Positions 53,878-64,000 of a stretch of DNA of 64,000 nucleotides are shown here, piece by piece. The position numbers and the translations under genes are program-made. Positions within the stretch are counted from its first letter, which is position 1; the number at the start of each line of letters is the position of its first letter. The notes beneath the pieces were generated by a model. That model made no database searches and was not told where the DNA came from. It worked only from the letters and a program-made list of their open reading frames with translations. The stretch lies in assembly GCA_964414145.1 (NCBI GenBank), contig CAYPVH010000001.1, positions 220,851 through 284,850 on the forward strand, read 5' to 3'. This DNA is from an uncultured Gammaproteobacteria bacterium. GTDB lineage: Bacteria; Patescibacteriota; Microgenomatia; UBA1406.

Positions 53878-55824
53878 ATGAAATTCAGAAAACTCTCAAG
53901 TAGCACAACAGACAAAGATTTTGCTAATATTAGTGCAGATGATGGTTCTATGAGAAGAAAGAAAAAAATATTCAAATTCTCTAAAAAACAGATTTACATT
54001 CTTTGGTCAATAAGTGCTTTTCTTGTTTTGTTTGTCTACTTTACGCTCCTAAGGCCAATCCAAATGGTTACAGCCAAGTCTAGTAACTTAAAGAAAATTG
54101 CCAATAAAACTTTTAGCGCTGCAAAAACTCAAGACTTAACAGCACTTGAGAAAAATTTAAAGGAATTAAAAAGTGAGTTAGCAGAAACAGAGAAAGGTAT
54201 TAGAATTGTATACATTTATAAACATCTTCCTTTGGTTGGATATATGTTTTCTGACCTTGAAAATGGGTTAGAAGCGGCAAAGCACTTACTTAATGCTGGA
54301 GAAAAGTCTGTTGTAGCAATTGAACCATATGCTGATTTGATTGGCTTTAAAAAGGGAAGTGAGTTTTCGAACCAACCAACAGAAAAACGGCTAGAAACAG
54401 CTATATTAACGATTGATAAACTGGTACCTCAGATAGATAATATAGATACAGATCTGGAAAAAGCCAAAGTATATTTGAGCAAGATCAACCCCAATAAATA
54501 TCCGAAAAAGATTGGAGGAAAGATTGTAAGGGAAAGAATAATTCAAATTTATGATCAAATATATGGCATGGTAACGCTAGCCACAGATGCCAAACCTCTC
54601 TTTAAAAAGTTACCTTATATTTTGGGTAAAGACGAAGAAAGAAAATATTTAGTTCTCTTTCTAAATGACGCCGAATTAAGACCAACAGGTGGGTTTATAA
54701 CAGCTTATGCTATATTTTCTGTTGAAAAAGGACAGATTAGGGTTAAAGAGTCTTCAGATATTTACGATCTTGATAGTACTATTTCTCATCCGAAAGCGCC
54801 TTCTGAGATATTAACTTATCACAAAGGGGTAAGCACTTTTAATATTCGTGATAGTAATCTTTCTCCCGATTACGTTAAATCTATTGGTTATTTTGAAGAT
54901 TTATTGGAAAAGAGTAGTCGGAATCTAGAGTATGATGGTATTATTTCAATAGATACCCAAATTTTGGTTAATACTTTGTCGATACTTGGTGAAACAGAGG
55001 CCGGTGGAGTAATGTTTAAGGCAGATATTGATCCACGCTGTGACTGTCCGCAGGTAATATACGAGCTGGAAAACATTATTACCCGCCCAACACCTTATTT
55101 TCGTGAACAGAGGAAAAGTATTTTAAGTGTGTTGCTTTATAACTTAATGCAGAAGTCGCTTGGGGTATCTCCATCACAATATTGGGGTAGTTTAGTCCAA
55201 ACTTATCTTAATGATCTTGATAGAAAACACATCCAAGTTTATTTTAAAGACAAGTCGTCTCAGAAAGCGATTGAGTCTTTAGGATATGGCGGGCGAATAG
55301 AGAAGTTTGATGAAGGTGACTATTTACACATCAATAACACTAATTTTGCCGGTGCCAAGTCTAATATGTATATTAAATATACAGTTAATTCGGAAACCGA
55401 AAAAAAAGGCAATGTTCTTCTTCGAGAGCTAACACTGGAATATCGGAATATTTACCCGGCTTCGGACTGTAATCTAGAAAGAGGCGGTCTGTGTTTAAAT
55501 GCTCCGCTTAGAAACTGGCTTAGGGTTTATGTACCGGAGGGGGCAAAACTTACCAATTTTGTTGGTTCGGAAATGAAGGTACAACAATATAAAGATTTAG
55601 GGAAGCAGGTTTTTGAGGGTTTTATAACCGTAAAGCCAATGGGGAAATCGGTAGTAAGAATTTCTTACGAAATCCCGACTAACAAGGTGATACAAAAAGA
55701 CGCTTATAAATTGTTTATCCAAAAACAAGCAGGAATAGAGGAAATGGAAGTAAGTGCTAAGTATAATGGCCAAGAACAATTAGGTACCCAAATCAAAGAT
55801 ATGGTCTATACCTTTAAAGACTAA
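53878..55824 (+). CDS. DUF4012-domain protein
   Basis: An N-terminal TM helix and the core motif FLNDAELRPTGGFITAYA. It lies downstream of the sugar transferase, as is common for this family. Confidence 0.7.
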   Translation: MKFRKLSSSTTDKDFANISADDGSMRRKKKIFKFSKKQIYILWSISAFLVLFVYFTLLRPIQMVTAKSSNLKKIANKTFSAAKTQDLTALEKNLKELKSELAETEKGIRIVYIYKHLPLVGYMFSDLENGLEAAKHLLNAGEKSVVAIEPYADLIGFKKGSEFSNQPTEKRLETAILTIDKLVPQIDNIDTDLEKAKVYLSKINPNKYPKKIGGKIVRERIIQIYDQIYGMVTLATDAKPLFKKLPYILGKDEERKYLVLFLNDAELRPTGGFITAYAIFSVEKGQIRVKESSDIYDLDSTISHPKAPSEILTYHKGVSTFNIRDSNLSPDYVKSIGYFEDLLEKSSRNLEYDGIISIDTQILVNTLSILGETEAGGVMFKADIDPRCDCPQVIYELENIITRPTPYFREQRKSILSVLLYNLMQKSLGVSPSQYWGSLVQTYLNDLDRKHIQVYFKDKSSQKAIESLGYGGRIEKFDEGDYLHINNTNFAGAKSNMYIKYTVNSETEKKGNVLLRELTLEYRNIYPASDCNLERGGLCLNAPLRNWLRVYVPEGAKLTNFVGSEMKVQQYKDLGKQVFEGFITVKPMGKSVVRISYEIPTNKVIQKDAYKLFIQKQAGIEEMEVSAKYNGQEQLGTQIKDMVYTFKD

Positions 55825-55848
55825 ATAAAATATATAAATTAAATTAAT

Positions 55849-56748
55849 TCAGTAACTGATCTCTTTATATTGCTGATCTATTTTTTGGTTATTATTATTT
55901 AATTCTTCAACAATTTTCAAATTCTTGTTTAGGTCCTTCAAAAAATCTGGATTATTTATTGTTTTACGAACAACACCGTTAATAGAAAAAACAGTAACAA
56001 CAATAACTATTGCAAATCCTAGTGCAGATATAGCTAACCAAGTCTTTGGGGGTTTAACATCTTTTGGTTCCGGTAATTTTTTATACAATTCATATTTGAA
56101 AGCAATTATGAATGGTGTAGCAAAAAACCACATTAGAATGTTAAAAATTGACATTCTTTCATCAAGTGCCGTTAATGAAAAAGAAACAATAAATAGCGCC
56201 AGATAAAGAACAACTAAGGTACCAAAAACCTGCCAAAATTTAGTATCTACTTTTGCTTTGCTATACCACAAAGGCGAAAGTAATTTTTGCTTACCTTCCA
56301 AGTATGCAAAAATTTCAAATGTACGCCAAGTACTCCATAATATTAGAGGAATAAAAAGAAGAATATTTGTGTAAAACAAGCCAAAAAAGAACAAACCTGA
56401 AAGAATACTATAAATAACAAAACCGACAGTTATTTTTCTGGTTTGTTTAATAACGCTCATAGCGCCTTCTGCCTTAAAGTCGGTAACGGCGGCTATTTTT
56501 GCTAGATTGGTCCAGCTACTGACATAAATTAAAGTGGCAATGCTTAATAACCCATACGCGGCTGCTAGAATTGTGCCTGCAGTTGGATTTTTGTCTAAAA
56601 GTATATAGACTAAAAAGAATACCACGCCAAGCAGTAATAAACCAAAAACAGCAAGAATCACAATACCGACACTAATAATAAATGTGAAAAAGTATTTTAA
56701 AAATTTTTCCTTAAATCTACTCCAGGCTTTTTTGGTAAGTATTTCCAT
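55849..56748 (-). CDS. Hypothetical polytopic membrane protein
   Basis: 299 aa with about 7 helices. Confidence 0.45.
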   Translation of the reverse strand: MEILTKKAWSRFKEKFLKYFFTFIISVGIVILAVFGLLLLGVVFFLVYILLDKNPTAGTILAAAYGLLSIATLIYVSSWTNLAKIAAVTDFKAEGAMSVIKQTRKITVGFVIYSILSGLFFFGLFYTNILLFIPLILWSTWRTFEIFAYLEGKQKLLSPLWYSKAKVDTKFWQVFGTLVVLYLALFIVSFSLTALDERMSIFNILMWFFATPFIIAFKYELYKKLPEPKDVKPPKTWLAISALGFAIVIVVTVFSINGVVRKTINNPDFLKDLNKNLKIVEELNNNNQKIDQQYKEISY

Positions 56749-56786
56749 TTCAATTTTTAGTTAATTACTAATAGTAAAATAATAAC

Positions 56787-57980
56787 TCATTTTTTATTTT
56801 TTGTAAAAGAATTTGTGAAGCTTTTTTCATATTTTTTCAATTCAATTCTAACTGTGGTACCTTGATTTATTTTAGAATTAATACTGATTTCACCTTCGTG
56901 TTTATCTATTATTTTCTTTGCCAAAAACAATCCTAAACCAAGTCCACCTTTGTCTGTTGTATTATTCTGAGCACGAAAATAAGGTTGAAAAATCTCCTCT
57001 AAATCTGATCTGCTAATTCCAATACCCTTGTCTTTAATTGAAATAATAAATTTGTTTCGCTTTTCTTCCAACAGTACCTTTACATCTGTTTTGGTGCCGG
57101 TAAACTTAATGGCATTGTTTAGAATATTAATAATTACCTGTCTAATTTTTCCGGGATCTATTGAGACAAGGCTATCGTTCTTGTTTTTAACAGTGTCCTC
57201 GTAAATTATGTGCTCAGTTGGGTGTATTAGTTTAAAATCCATCATTACAGTTTTCATTAATTTTTGGATATTGGTTATTTTCATTTTAAAAACTAATTTA
57301 CCAGCCTTGAATTTTGAAGATTCCAGCAGTTCATTTATTAGTCGCTCTAGTCTACTTGTCGCTGCTTGTGCACGGTTCAGATACTTATTTATTTTATTTG
57401 TTTCTAAATTATTGGATCGATTAAGTAGCTGCACATAGGTATTTACCGTTGTTAGTGGTGTTCTTAGTTCATGAGCAGCTAGCGCTGTAAACAAGTCTTT
57501 ATCTTCTATTATTTTTTGTTGAAATTCAAGTAACATGGCATTTCGGATTGCTAAAGAGGCTACTGGTTGAAAATATTGCAAAATTTTAAGCTCATCATTT
57601 CCAAACGTAACTTTTTTATCGGAAAGAACTGAAAGCACACCAAGTGATATACCTTTGTAATGAATGGATATACTTAAATCAGAACCAACATTCAATTTCT
57701 TTAGTTGTGGGTGTAACTTGGTAATTTTATTTACTGTTAATATTTTTTTTGAATGATTATCTAAAACCGTTCGCATATTACCTTTCGGATTTGGCACTAT
57801 CTTGTAAAGAATTGGGGAGGAAGCGTAAACACGTTCAAGTTCACCGTCTTTGTATAGATACATTGTTCCGTGTTTTGCCTTAGTAAGTTTTATTGCTTCT
57901 TCAACAATTACCCGGTATACCTCTTCCAAATTATGAGTAGACATTAAGTTCATCGTAGCCTTGTGTATTTTCTCTAGCAT
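56787..57980 (-). CDS. Cytoplasmic sensor histidine kinase (GAF + HisKA + HATPase_c)
   Basis: H-box AAHELRTPLTT, N box IINILNNAIKF, G boxes DKGIGI and GGLGLGL. No response regulator gene is nearby. Confidence 0.8.
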   Translation of the reverse strand: MLEKIHKATMNLMSTHNLEEVYRVIVEEAIKLTKAKHGTMYLYKDGELERVYASSPILYKIVPNPKGNMRTVLDNHSKKILTVNKITKLHPQLKKLNVGSDLSISIHYKGISLGVLSVLSDKKVTFGNDELKILQYFQPVASLAIRNAMLLEFQQKIIEDKDLFTALAAHELRTPLTTVNTYVQLLNRSNNLETNKINKYLNRAQAATSRLERLINELLESSKFKAGKLVFKMKITNIQKLMKTVMMDFKLIHPTEHIIYEDTVKNKNDSLVSIDPGKIRQVIINILNNAIKFTGTKTDVKVLLEEKRNKFIISIKDKGIGISRSDLEEIFQPYFRAQNNTTDKGGLGLGLFLAKKIIDKHEGEISINSKINQGTTVRIELKKYEKSFTNSFTKNKK

Positions 57981-58143
57981 CTATATATTTGACTTGACAT
58001 CGATTTTAACTGCCAACCTTAATTAGTATATCAAATGGTTTGGTCAGTTCTATTTACTTAAAAATGAAGTATTGGCTAATTTCAGTGTGACAAATAATAA
58101 GGCAGGCTGTTAATTTAACATTATTTTAGTTAAAATTTAGGAA

Positions 58144-58677
58144 ATGGCATATTTTGAAAAATCAACAGGCATAATACTTAAGAAAATTAAAGGTAAAGAT
58201 AACGATCAGATTTTAGTGGTTTTTACTGAAGAATTCGGAAAACTTTATATTATTGCCAAAGGAGCACAAAAAGTTAGTGGTCGTCGGGTAGGATCGCTAG
58301 ACTCTCTTAATATCATTAGGTTTAGCTACAGCGAAAATAACGATTTTTACTACCTTAAAGAAGTAGATTTAATTAGTAGTTTGCAGCTTTTAAAAAATAA
58401 TTATAGAAAAAGAAAAGCGGTGCTTGTGATTGTTGAAATTCTAGACAAGTTACTACCCAATAATCAAACAGAAGCAAAGGTTTTTCATTTTTTGAAAAGT
58501 TTTCTGGTTAAACTAAGCAAGCGAGACTTAGCAGATACGGCAATTTTTACCGAAATTGAACTGCTTTTAAGTTATTTAGGCTATGCTTTTTCGAAAAAAG
58601 AAAGCCTGTCTTGGCTATTAATCGGCAACTTTCTTGAACAAACTGGCTCAAGAAAACTTATAAGTTCTAGGCTTTAA
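58144..58677 (+). CDS. recO: DNA repair protein RecO (short form)
   Basis: An N-terminal OB-fold region (GIILKKIKGKDNDQILVVFTEEFGKLYIIAKGAQK) is typical of RecO. Confidence 0.65.
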   Translation: MAYFEKSTGIILKKIKGKDNDQILVVFTEEFGKLYIIAKGAQKVSGRRVGSLDSLNIIRFSYSENNDFYYLKEVDLISSLQLLKNNYRKRKAVLVIVEILDKLLPNNQTEAKVFHFLKSFLVKLSKRDLADTAIFTEIELLLSYLGYAFSKKESLSWLLIGNFLEQTGSRKLISSRL

Positions 58678-58707
58678 ATAGCAGGCATAGTGTAAAATAG
58701 AATCTGT

Positions 58708-60096
58708 ATGGTGTCATTAGATAAAATTGTTTCATTAGCTAAAAGGCGAGGGTTTGTTTACCAAACATCTGAAATATATGGCGGTATAGCCAACTCGTAT
58801 GATTACGGCCCCCTTGGAGTTGAATTACTTCGACTTATTAAATCAATGTGGTGGAACGAATTTATTACAAAGAAGGAAGACATGGTAGGAATTGATTCGC
58901 AAATTATTCTTCATCCAAAAACCTGGGAGGTGTCGGGGCATGTTAGTTCTTTTTTTGATCCTTTAGTAGAAGACAAGGTTAACCATAAACGTTATAGAGC
59001 AGATTACCTCATTGAAAGATGGTTGGAAAAGCACCCGGGAAAAGCAAACAGTATCGTTGTTGAAGATCTTTCACTGGATGAGATGGCAAAGATTATGAAA
59101 GAAAACCAGATCAAAAGCCCGGATGGGAATGAGGTAACAGAACCAAAACGATTTGACTTACTTTTTGAAACAAGTTTGGGAGTAGTTACGGGCGAAAAAA
59201 CGAAGGCTTATTTAAGGGGGGAAACGGCACAAGGAATATTTACTAATTTTAAAAATATTTTGAACACAACAAGAGTTAAGTTACCTTTTGGGGTTGGACA
59301 GATAGGAAAAAGCTTTAGAAACGAAGTAACAACCGGGCAGTTTGTTTTTCGAACTTATGAATTTGAGCAAGCAGAAATTGAGTACTTCTTTAACCCCGAA
59401 ACAAATAAGTGGCAAAAACTACTTGAAGACTGGAAAAGTGAGGTGTGGAGTTTTGTAGCTAATAAGTTGGGCATAACTAAAAAAAATTTACGTTGGAGGC
59501 GCCACACAGACAAAGAAAGAAGTCACTACAGTAAGGATACTTATGACCTTGATTACAACTTCCCCTTTGGCTGGAAAGAGCTTTGGGGTTTAGCTTACCG
59601 GGCAGATTATGATTTAACTCAACATACGAAGGCTACTGGCCAGGATTTTTCATACACAGACCCTTACACAGGAAAAAAAGTTACTCCTCATGTAATTGAA
59701 CCGGCGGTAGGAATTAACAGATTATTCTTAATGATTTTGACAGACGCTTATAAAGAAGAGGGCGAAAGAGTATATCTTAAGCTTAATTCGTCGCTGGCAC
59801 CTTTTCAAGTGGCTGTTTTTCCTCTTTTAGCGAATAAACCAGATTTAATACAGAAAGCAAGGCAAGTATATAAAATGCTTAAGTCAGATTTTAGAGTTTA
59901 TTGGGATGATCGGGGTAATATTGGAAAACGATATCGATATATGGATGAAATAGGTACTCCTTTTACCGTAACAATTGACTTTAATACCCTTGAAGAGGAA
60001 ACAGTAACTGTTAGAAATAGAAACACAATGAGTCAGAAAAGGATTGCGATTAATCAACTTATAAGTTATTTAAATTCAGATGAAAAACAAGAATAA
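58708..60096 (+). CDS. glyQS: Glycine--tRNA ligase (dimeric class II type)
   Basis: Carries RRGFVYQTSEIYGG…YDYGPLGVEL, GQIGKSFRNE and an anticodon-binding domain. Confidence 0.9.
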   Translation: MVSLDKIVSLAKRRGFVYQTSEIYGGIANSYDYGPLGVELLRLIKSMWWNEFITKKEDMVGIDSQIILHPKTWEVSGHVSSFFDPLVEDKVNHKRYRADYLIERWLEKHPGKANSIVVEDLSLDEMAKIMKENQIKSPDGNEVTEPKRFDLLFETSLGVVTGEKTKAYLRGETAQGIFTNFKNILNTTRVKLPFGVGQIGKSFRNEVTTGQFVFRTYEFEQAEIEYFFNPETNKWQKLLEDWKSEVWSFVANKLGITKKNLRWRRHTDKERSHYSKDTYDLDYNFPFGWKELWGLAYRADYDLTQHTKATGQDFSYTDPYTGKKVTPHVIEPAVGINRLFLMILTDAYKEEGERVYLKLNSSLAPFQVAVFPLLANKPDLIQKARQVYKMLKSDFRVYWDDRGNIGKRYRYMDEIGTPFTVTIDFNTLEEETVTVRNRNTMSQKRIAINQLISYLNSDEKQE

Positions 60097-60541
60097 AATT
60101 GTAATTTCTGTTGTTTTTGTATTAGCTCTGCTATTAGTAGTTGTTTTTGTGTTAAGTAGGAAAGGAAACGATGATACAGATACTGAGAGAGGGGGAACAC
60201 TACCTCAGGGTGTAAAAGTTCTTCCAATTGATGCTTCAGTTAAGGTGTCGGTATCTAAAACAGATGACGGAAAAAATGTGATTTTATCTATTAAAAATGT
60301 TCCTGATCACTATGAAACCATTGAATACGAATTCTCATATGATACAGTTGACCAGATTCCACGAGGAGTTTTAGGGTCTATTGAAGTTGATAGTAGTAAT
60401 ATTGAAGAGGAAATTCCTTTGGGAAGTTGTTCAACCAATGTTTGTACATATGATGAAGGTGTAGAAAAAGTTAGAGTGGCGCTCAAGTTTGAAAGTCCAA
60501 AGGGCAATAGGGTTTTTGACAAGGAATTTAATCTGAAATAA
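60080..60541 (+). CDS. Hypothetical membrane-anchored protein
   Basis: A TM helix followed by a beta-rich domain. It overlaps the glyQS end by 17 nt. Confidence 0.45.
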   Translation: MKNKNKIVISVVFVLALLLVVVFVLSRKGNDDTDTERGGTLPQGVKVLPIDASVKVSVSKTDDGKNVILSIKNVPDHYETIEYEFSYDTVDQIPRGVLGSIEVDSSNIEEEIPLGSCSTNVCTYDEGVEKVRVALKFESPKGNRVFDKEFNLK

Positions 60542-60602
60542 AAAACATTTCTGCCCTATTAATCCATTGCTAAATGGCTAATTTAGTAGTACAATTTAGT
60601 CT

Positions 60603-61568
60603 ATGGCAATTAGAAAAAGTGAGTTTTCGTTAGCTCTAAACCAAGTCGCAACAGAAAGAGGAATTCCTGTTGAGGAGGTATTGGAATCAATAAAAACTGC
60701 AGTTAAGGTTGCTTATAAAAAAGAATATGGTGAAGAAGAACTTGAAGAGTACGAGGTTCAAATTGATCCAAATAGTGGCGAGGCAAAAGTGCTTCATAAT
60801 AATAAAGATGTTACTCCTCCCGGATTTGGTAGGATTGCTGCCCAAACAGCCAAGCAGGTAATTATTCAGAAAATTCGTGAAGCCGAAAAAAAGGCTGTAG
60901 TTGACTATTTTGGAAAACAGGTTGGTACAGTCATAACAGGAAGAATTATTCGTTCTGATGGTAAAAATGCGTATGTTGACATTGGTCGTGCCGAGGCCGT
61001 TCTGCCTCAAGACGAGCAAATCAGGGGGGAAAAATATTTCCCTAATGCTCGATTTTTATATTACTTGGTAAGTGTTGGGGGCGAAGAAGTAAGATATCGG
61101 CTTATTGTTTCCAGGCGTCATCCAAATTTAGTTAGTGAACTTTTTAAAAGAGAGGTGCCAGAGCTGGCGCAGGGGTCAGTTGAAATTAAGAAAATTGTTC
61201 GGGAAGCAGGAGAGAGAACTAAATTAGCAGTAAGTTCACGAGAAAGAGGAATCGACCCTGTTGGTAGTTGTGTTGGGCAAAAAGGTGTAAGAATTCAGGC
61301 GGTTATCAGTACTCTTGGAGTTGACGAAAAAATAGACGTAATACAATGGAGCAACGATCCCAAAACATATATTAATAATGCCATATCTCCTTCGAAGCCA
61401 ATGGAAGTGGTAATTAATGAAGAAAAGAAGATTGCCGACTTATTTGTTGATCCCGAAGAATTATCACTAGTGATTGGAAGAGAAGGGCAAAATATTCGTT
61501 TGGCCTCAATGCTTACAGAATACACTCTAAACGCATATTCAAAAGAAGAAAAAAATAAAAAAAAGTAA
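60603..61568 (+). CDS. nusA: Transcription termination/antitermination factor NusA
   Basis: An N-terminal domain, an S1 domain (GTVITGRIIRSDGKNAYVDIG) and two KH domains (GIDPVGSCVGQKGVRIQ, IGREGQNIRL). Confidence 0.9.
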   Translation: MAIRKSEFSLALNQVATERGIPVEEVLESIKTAVKVAYKKEYGEEELEEYEVQIDPNSGEAKVLHNNKDVTPPGFGRIAAQTAKQVIIQKIREAEKKAVVDYFGKQVGTVITGRIIRSDGKNAYVDIGRAEAVLPQDEQIRGEKYFPNARFLYYLVSVGGEEVRYRLIVSRRHPNLVSELFKREVPELAQGSVEIKKIVREAGERTKLAVSSRERGIDPVGSCVGQKGVRIQAVISTLGVDEKIDVIQWSNDPKTYINNAISPSKPMEVVINEEKKIADLFVDPEELSLVIGREGQNIRLASMLTEYTLNAYSKEEKNKKK

Positions 61569-61627
61569 GTACTAAAAGTTAACTTAACAAATCAGCGGTA
61601 GTTTTTAGGTATAAAGGAAGTAAAAAT

Positions 61628-63076
61628 ATGGAGAATAATAAAAATATGAAAAAAAGATCACCAGTAGTTGTTGTGCTTGGTCACGTAGATCACGGAAAAA
61701 CTACACTGCTTGATAAAATTAGAAAAACAGATGTTGCGTCAGGTGAGCAGGGCGGTATAACGCAACATATTGGTGCTTATGAAATACAAACAGAAGAGCA
61801 AAAAGGAATTACTTTTATTGATACTCCGGGCCATGAGGCGTTCCAAAACTTACGTCAACGTGGAGCCAACATTGCCGATGTTGCTTTGTTAGTTGTGGCA
61901 GCAGATGATTCTGTACAACCACAAACTGTGGAGTCTATTGCAATAATTAAGGAAAGTAAAATTCCTTACATTGTTGTTATTAATAAAATAGATTTACCGG
62001 GTGCAAATATTGAAAAAGTAATAAAAAACCTAGCCCAAAAAGAAGTATACCTTGAGGGTCGAGGTGGAGAAGTGCCATATGTTGAAATTAGTGCTAAAGA
62101 AGGTACAGGTATAAGTAATCTTTTGGAACTAATTACTTTGGTTTCAGATTTAAATAATCTGGAATATAATCCAGATGGTCAACTTGAAGGTGGAGTTATT
62201 GAAGTAAAAAAAGATAAACGCGGAATTGTATTAACGATTATTCTCAAGAACGGCAGCCTAAAAATAGGGGATGACATATATGTTGATAATAAGGAAATCA
62301 GAACCAGAGCTTTGTTTAACGATAAAGGCAAAAGTATTAAAGAAATATTTCCAACAACGCCAGCTGAGCTTTTGGGTAGTAAAGACGCAGTTGAATCGGG
62401 AGCAAGAGTTACGGGAAAACAACAATCAATAACAGCAAAAACAGAAAAGCTGACCAGTGTAATTCCTATAAATAATGATGATTTCTTCAAAGACATAGCC
62501 GATAAATTCAATTTTATTGTTAAAGCTGATACTTACGGTACAGAGGAAGTAATCAAAGAAAAATTAAGCCAATTTGATGAAATTAATATAGTCAGTAGCA
62601 GTGTTGGCGAGTTGAATGAGAATGATGTGGAGCTTGCTAAAACAACCGGAGCTAGCATTATTGCTTTTAACACAAAAATAAAAGGATCAATACAAAAAAA
62701 AATAATTCTTGAAGAAGTGAATGTTTTTGAGTTTAGATTGATATACGAGCTGCTTGATCAAGTTGAAAGTCTAATTACAGCACTAAGAGAAAAAAGAGAA
62801 AAAGAAGCACGAAAAGCCGGTGAGGCAAAAATTTTGGCAAAATTTAATAAGGAAACATATTCAATAGCTGGAATGAAAGTGATAAGCGGTAGAATTAGAA
62901 TCAATGACAAGGCAGAAGTATATAGAGGTAAAAAGCTAATAAAAGAAACAACTATAGGCTCATTATACCAAAGGAGTAATAGCGTTTCAGAAGTTAAAAA
63001 GGGGGAAGAATGTGGCGCGCTATTCGAGCCAAAACTTGACTTTCAACAGGGTGATATAGTAAAATTATACACATAA
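61628..63076 (+). CDS. infB: Translation initiation factor IF-2 (short form lacking the long N-terminal region)
   Basis: RSPVVVVLGHVDHGKTTLLD, DTPGHEAF, NKIDL. It lies downstream of nusA. Confidence 0.9.
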   Translation: MENNKNMKKRSPVVVVLGHVDHGKTTLLDKIRKTDVASGEQGGITQHIGAYEIQTEEQKGITFIDTPGHEAFQNLRQRGANIADVALLVVAADDSVQPQTVESIAIIKESKIPYIVVINKIDLPGANIEKVIKNLAQKEVYLEGRGGEVPYVEISAKEGTGISNLLELITLVSDLNNLEYNPDGQLEGGVIEVKKDKRGIVLTIILKNGSLKIGDDIYVDNKEIRTRALFNDKGKSIKEIFPTTPAELLGSKDAVESGARVTGKQQSITAKTEKLTSVIPINNDDFFKDIADKFNFIVKADTYGTEEVIKEKLSQFDEINIVSSSVGELNENDVELAKTTGASIIAFNTKIKGSIQKKIILEEVNVFEFRLIYELLDQVESLITALREKREKEARKAGEAKILAKFNKETYSIAGMKVISGRIRINDKAEVYRGKKLIKETTIGSLYQRSNSVSEVKKGEECGALFEPKLDFQQGDIVKLYT

Positions 63077-64000
63077 TGAATGAAAACATTGTTAGCTTAT
63101 TAAATTCGGCTCAGAATATTCTTATTTGTGTTAGTAAGAATGCTAAATTGGATTCGATTGCTTCAGCCCTGGCTTTAACGCTTGCTATTTCACAACAGGG
63201 TAAAAGTGTTAAGGTTTGTTCTGAAACAGATACAAAAGAAGCAAGTCGATTACCCGGTAGCGATAAAATAAGTAATAAACTGGATCTTGGAGGTGATATT
63301 CTTAAAGTATCCTTTCCATACAAAGAAGGAGCGTTAGACAAGGTAACGTACAATATCACAGACAATAATTTTAACTTGTTAATCGAACCTCGCAAAGGTC
63401 AAGCTCCTTTGTCGTCGGAAGGTGTTAAGTTTTCTCATACAGGAGGAAATGTTGACTTAATTATAACAGTAGATACACCTAACTTAGAATCTTTAGGTGA
63501 TATATATTTTGAAAACCCTGACATATTTGATAGAGAAAAAATTATTAATATTGATAGACGCTTTGACAACAAAAAATATGGAGTGGAAAATATCATAGAA
63601 AAGCAGTTTTCTTCAACTTCAGAAATAATTTTGAATTTAATTGATACCTTAAGATGGAACATTAATCCTGATATTGCTACCAATCTTTACTCAGGTCTAA
63701 TTTCTGCCACAAATAATTTTAGTTCGTTTTCTACCAATGCTCAAACTTTTGAAGCTGCCTCTTTTTTAGTCAAGAATGGTGCGAAAAAGTTGGCTGTTAC
63801 TGCCCCAGGTGTACAAACACCACCGGTAAGAAATATGCCATCGTTCAATCAAAGATATACAAATCCAAGTTCATTTAATACTCCAGCAGTGCCTTCATTT
63901 GGTAACCAAGAAGATGCTTATCAAAACCAACCTATTTACTCAAATACTATTAATCAAATACCTCCTCAGTCTGAAGAAAATAAACCACAAGCAAAACCCG
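63076..64000 (+). CDS. DHH-family (NrnA-like) fold protein with degenerate catalytic motifs, 3'-truncated by the window edge
   Basis: The ATG overlaps the infB TAA (TAATG). The frame is open to nt 64000. The layout resembles NrnA, but motif III reads IDRRFDN instead of DHH and motif I is NAKLDSIAS. The tail is rich in P/Q/N. Confidence 0.5.
   Translation, partial: MNENIVSLLNSAQNILICVSKNAKLDSIASALALTLAISQQGKSVKVCSETDTKEASRLPGSDKISNKLDLGGDILKVSFPYKEGALDKVTYNITDNNFNLLIEPRKGQAPLSSEGVKFSHTGGNVDLIITVDTPNLESLGDIYFENPDIFDREKIINIDRRFDNKKYGVENIIEKQFSSTSEIILNLIDTLRWNINPDIATNLYSGLISATNNFSSFSTNAQTFEAASFLVKNGAKKLAVTAPGVQTPPVRNMPSFNQRYTNPSSFNTPAVPSFGNQEDAYQNQPIYSNTINQIPPQSEENKPQAKP

Overview
The window is a gene-dense, AT-rich bacterial chromosome segment. 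Its gene content looks like a Candidate Phyla Radiation (Patescibacteria, Microgenomates-like) genome, but this is inferred from content only because no database search was possible. Supporting traits are a short IF-2, an ATP-dependent DNA ligase, a PolX without a PHP domain, a class II RNR with NrdR, T4SS-pilin-like Cys-rich proteins, a DUF4012 gene next to a sugar transferase, many polytopic GT39/ArnT-like membrane proteins, and tRNA genes mostly without encoded CCA. TGA is used as a stop codon, so there is no UGA recoding.

Recognisable core genes:
- RNA and translation: smpB-ssrA, typA, hisS, glyQS, nusA-infB.
- Nucleotide metabolism: nrdR-nrdJ with a PduO-type adenosyltransferase.
- DNA repair: fpg, PolX, AlkD-like, MGMT, recO, ligase, EEP nuclease.
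- Envelope: uppP, PBP2, lepB.
- Other: an ABC-2 transporter and an orphan GAF histidine kinase.
- RNA genes read by eye: tmRNA plus 8 tRNAs, namely Gly-GCC, Phe-GAA, Ile-UAU, Arg-CCG, Tyr-GUA, Cys-GCA, Ser-UGA and Ser-GCU.

The most unusual content is non-coding.
1. Three separate modules have the order structured RNA gene (tmRNA, tRNA-Tyr, tRNA-Ser-GCU), then a spacer made of hairpins, then a small GIY-YIG nuclease ORF. All parts of a module are co-oriented. Each ORF has a -10-like hexamer 6-12 nt before its start codon and no Shine-Dalgarno sequence.
2. tRNA-Tyr and tRNA-Ser(GCU) are each preceded by a copy of their own 5' half. Each copy stops after anticodon nucleotide 34 and is joined to the same TCCCAG-terminated palindromic mini-element.
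3. tRNA-Gly is followed by a 5'-truncated tRNA copy whose T-loop carries a 46-nt member of the same mini-element family.
4. The third GIY-YIG ORF lies as a 338-nt cassette inside the loop of one unit of a 62-nt tandem hairpin repeat. A 48-nt module from its 3' edge recurs (45/48) without any ORF after tRNA-Ser(UGA).
5. A 23S-IVS/Avd-type four-helix-bundle gene sits between tRNA-Cys and tRNA-Ser(UGA), flanked by inverted GTTGTCAG repeats.

Together these suggest an undescribed family of tRNA-loop-targeting mini-elements and GIY-YIG cassettes. This is a hypothesis.

Other items of note are two genes split at 8-nt homopolymers, a Xer-like recombinase lacking the catalytic Tyr and His, a possible CE-clan (Ulp1-like) protease, and several orphan proteins. 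All functional calls rest on motifs recognised by eye and carry corresponding uncertainty.
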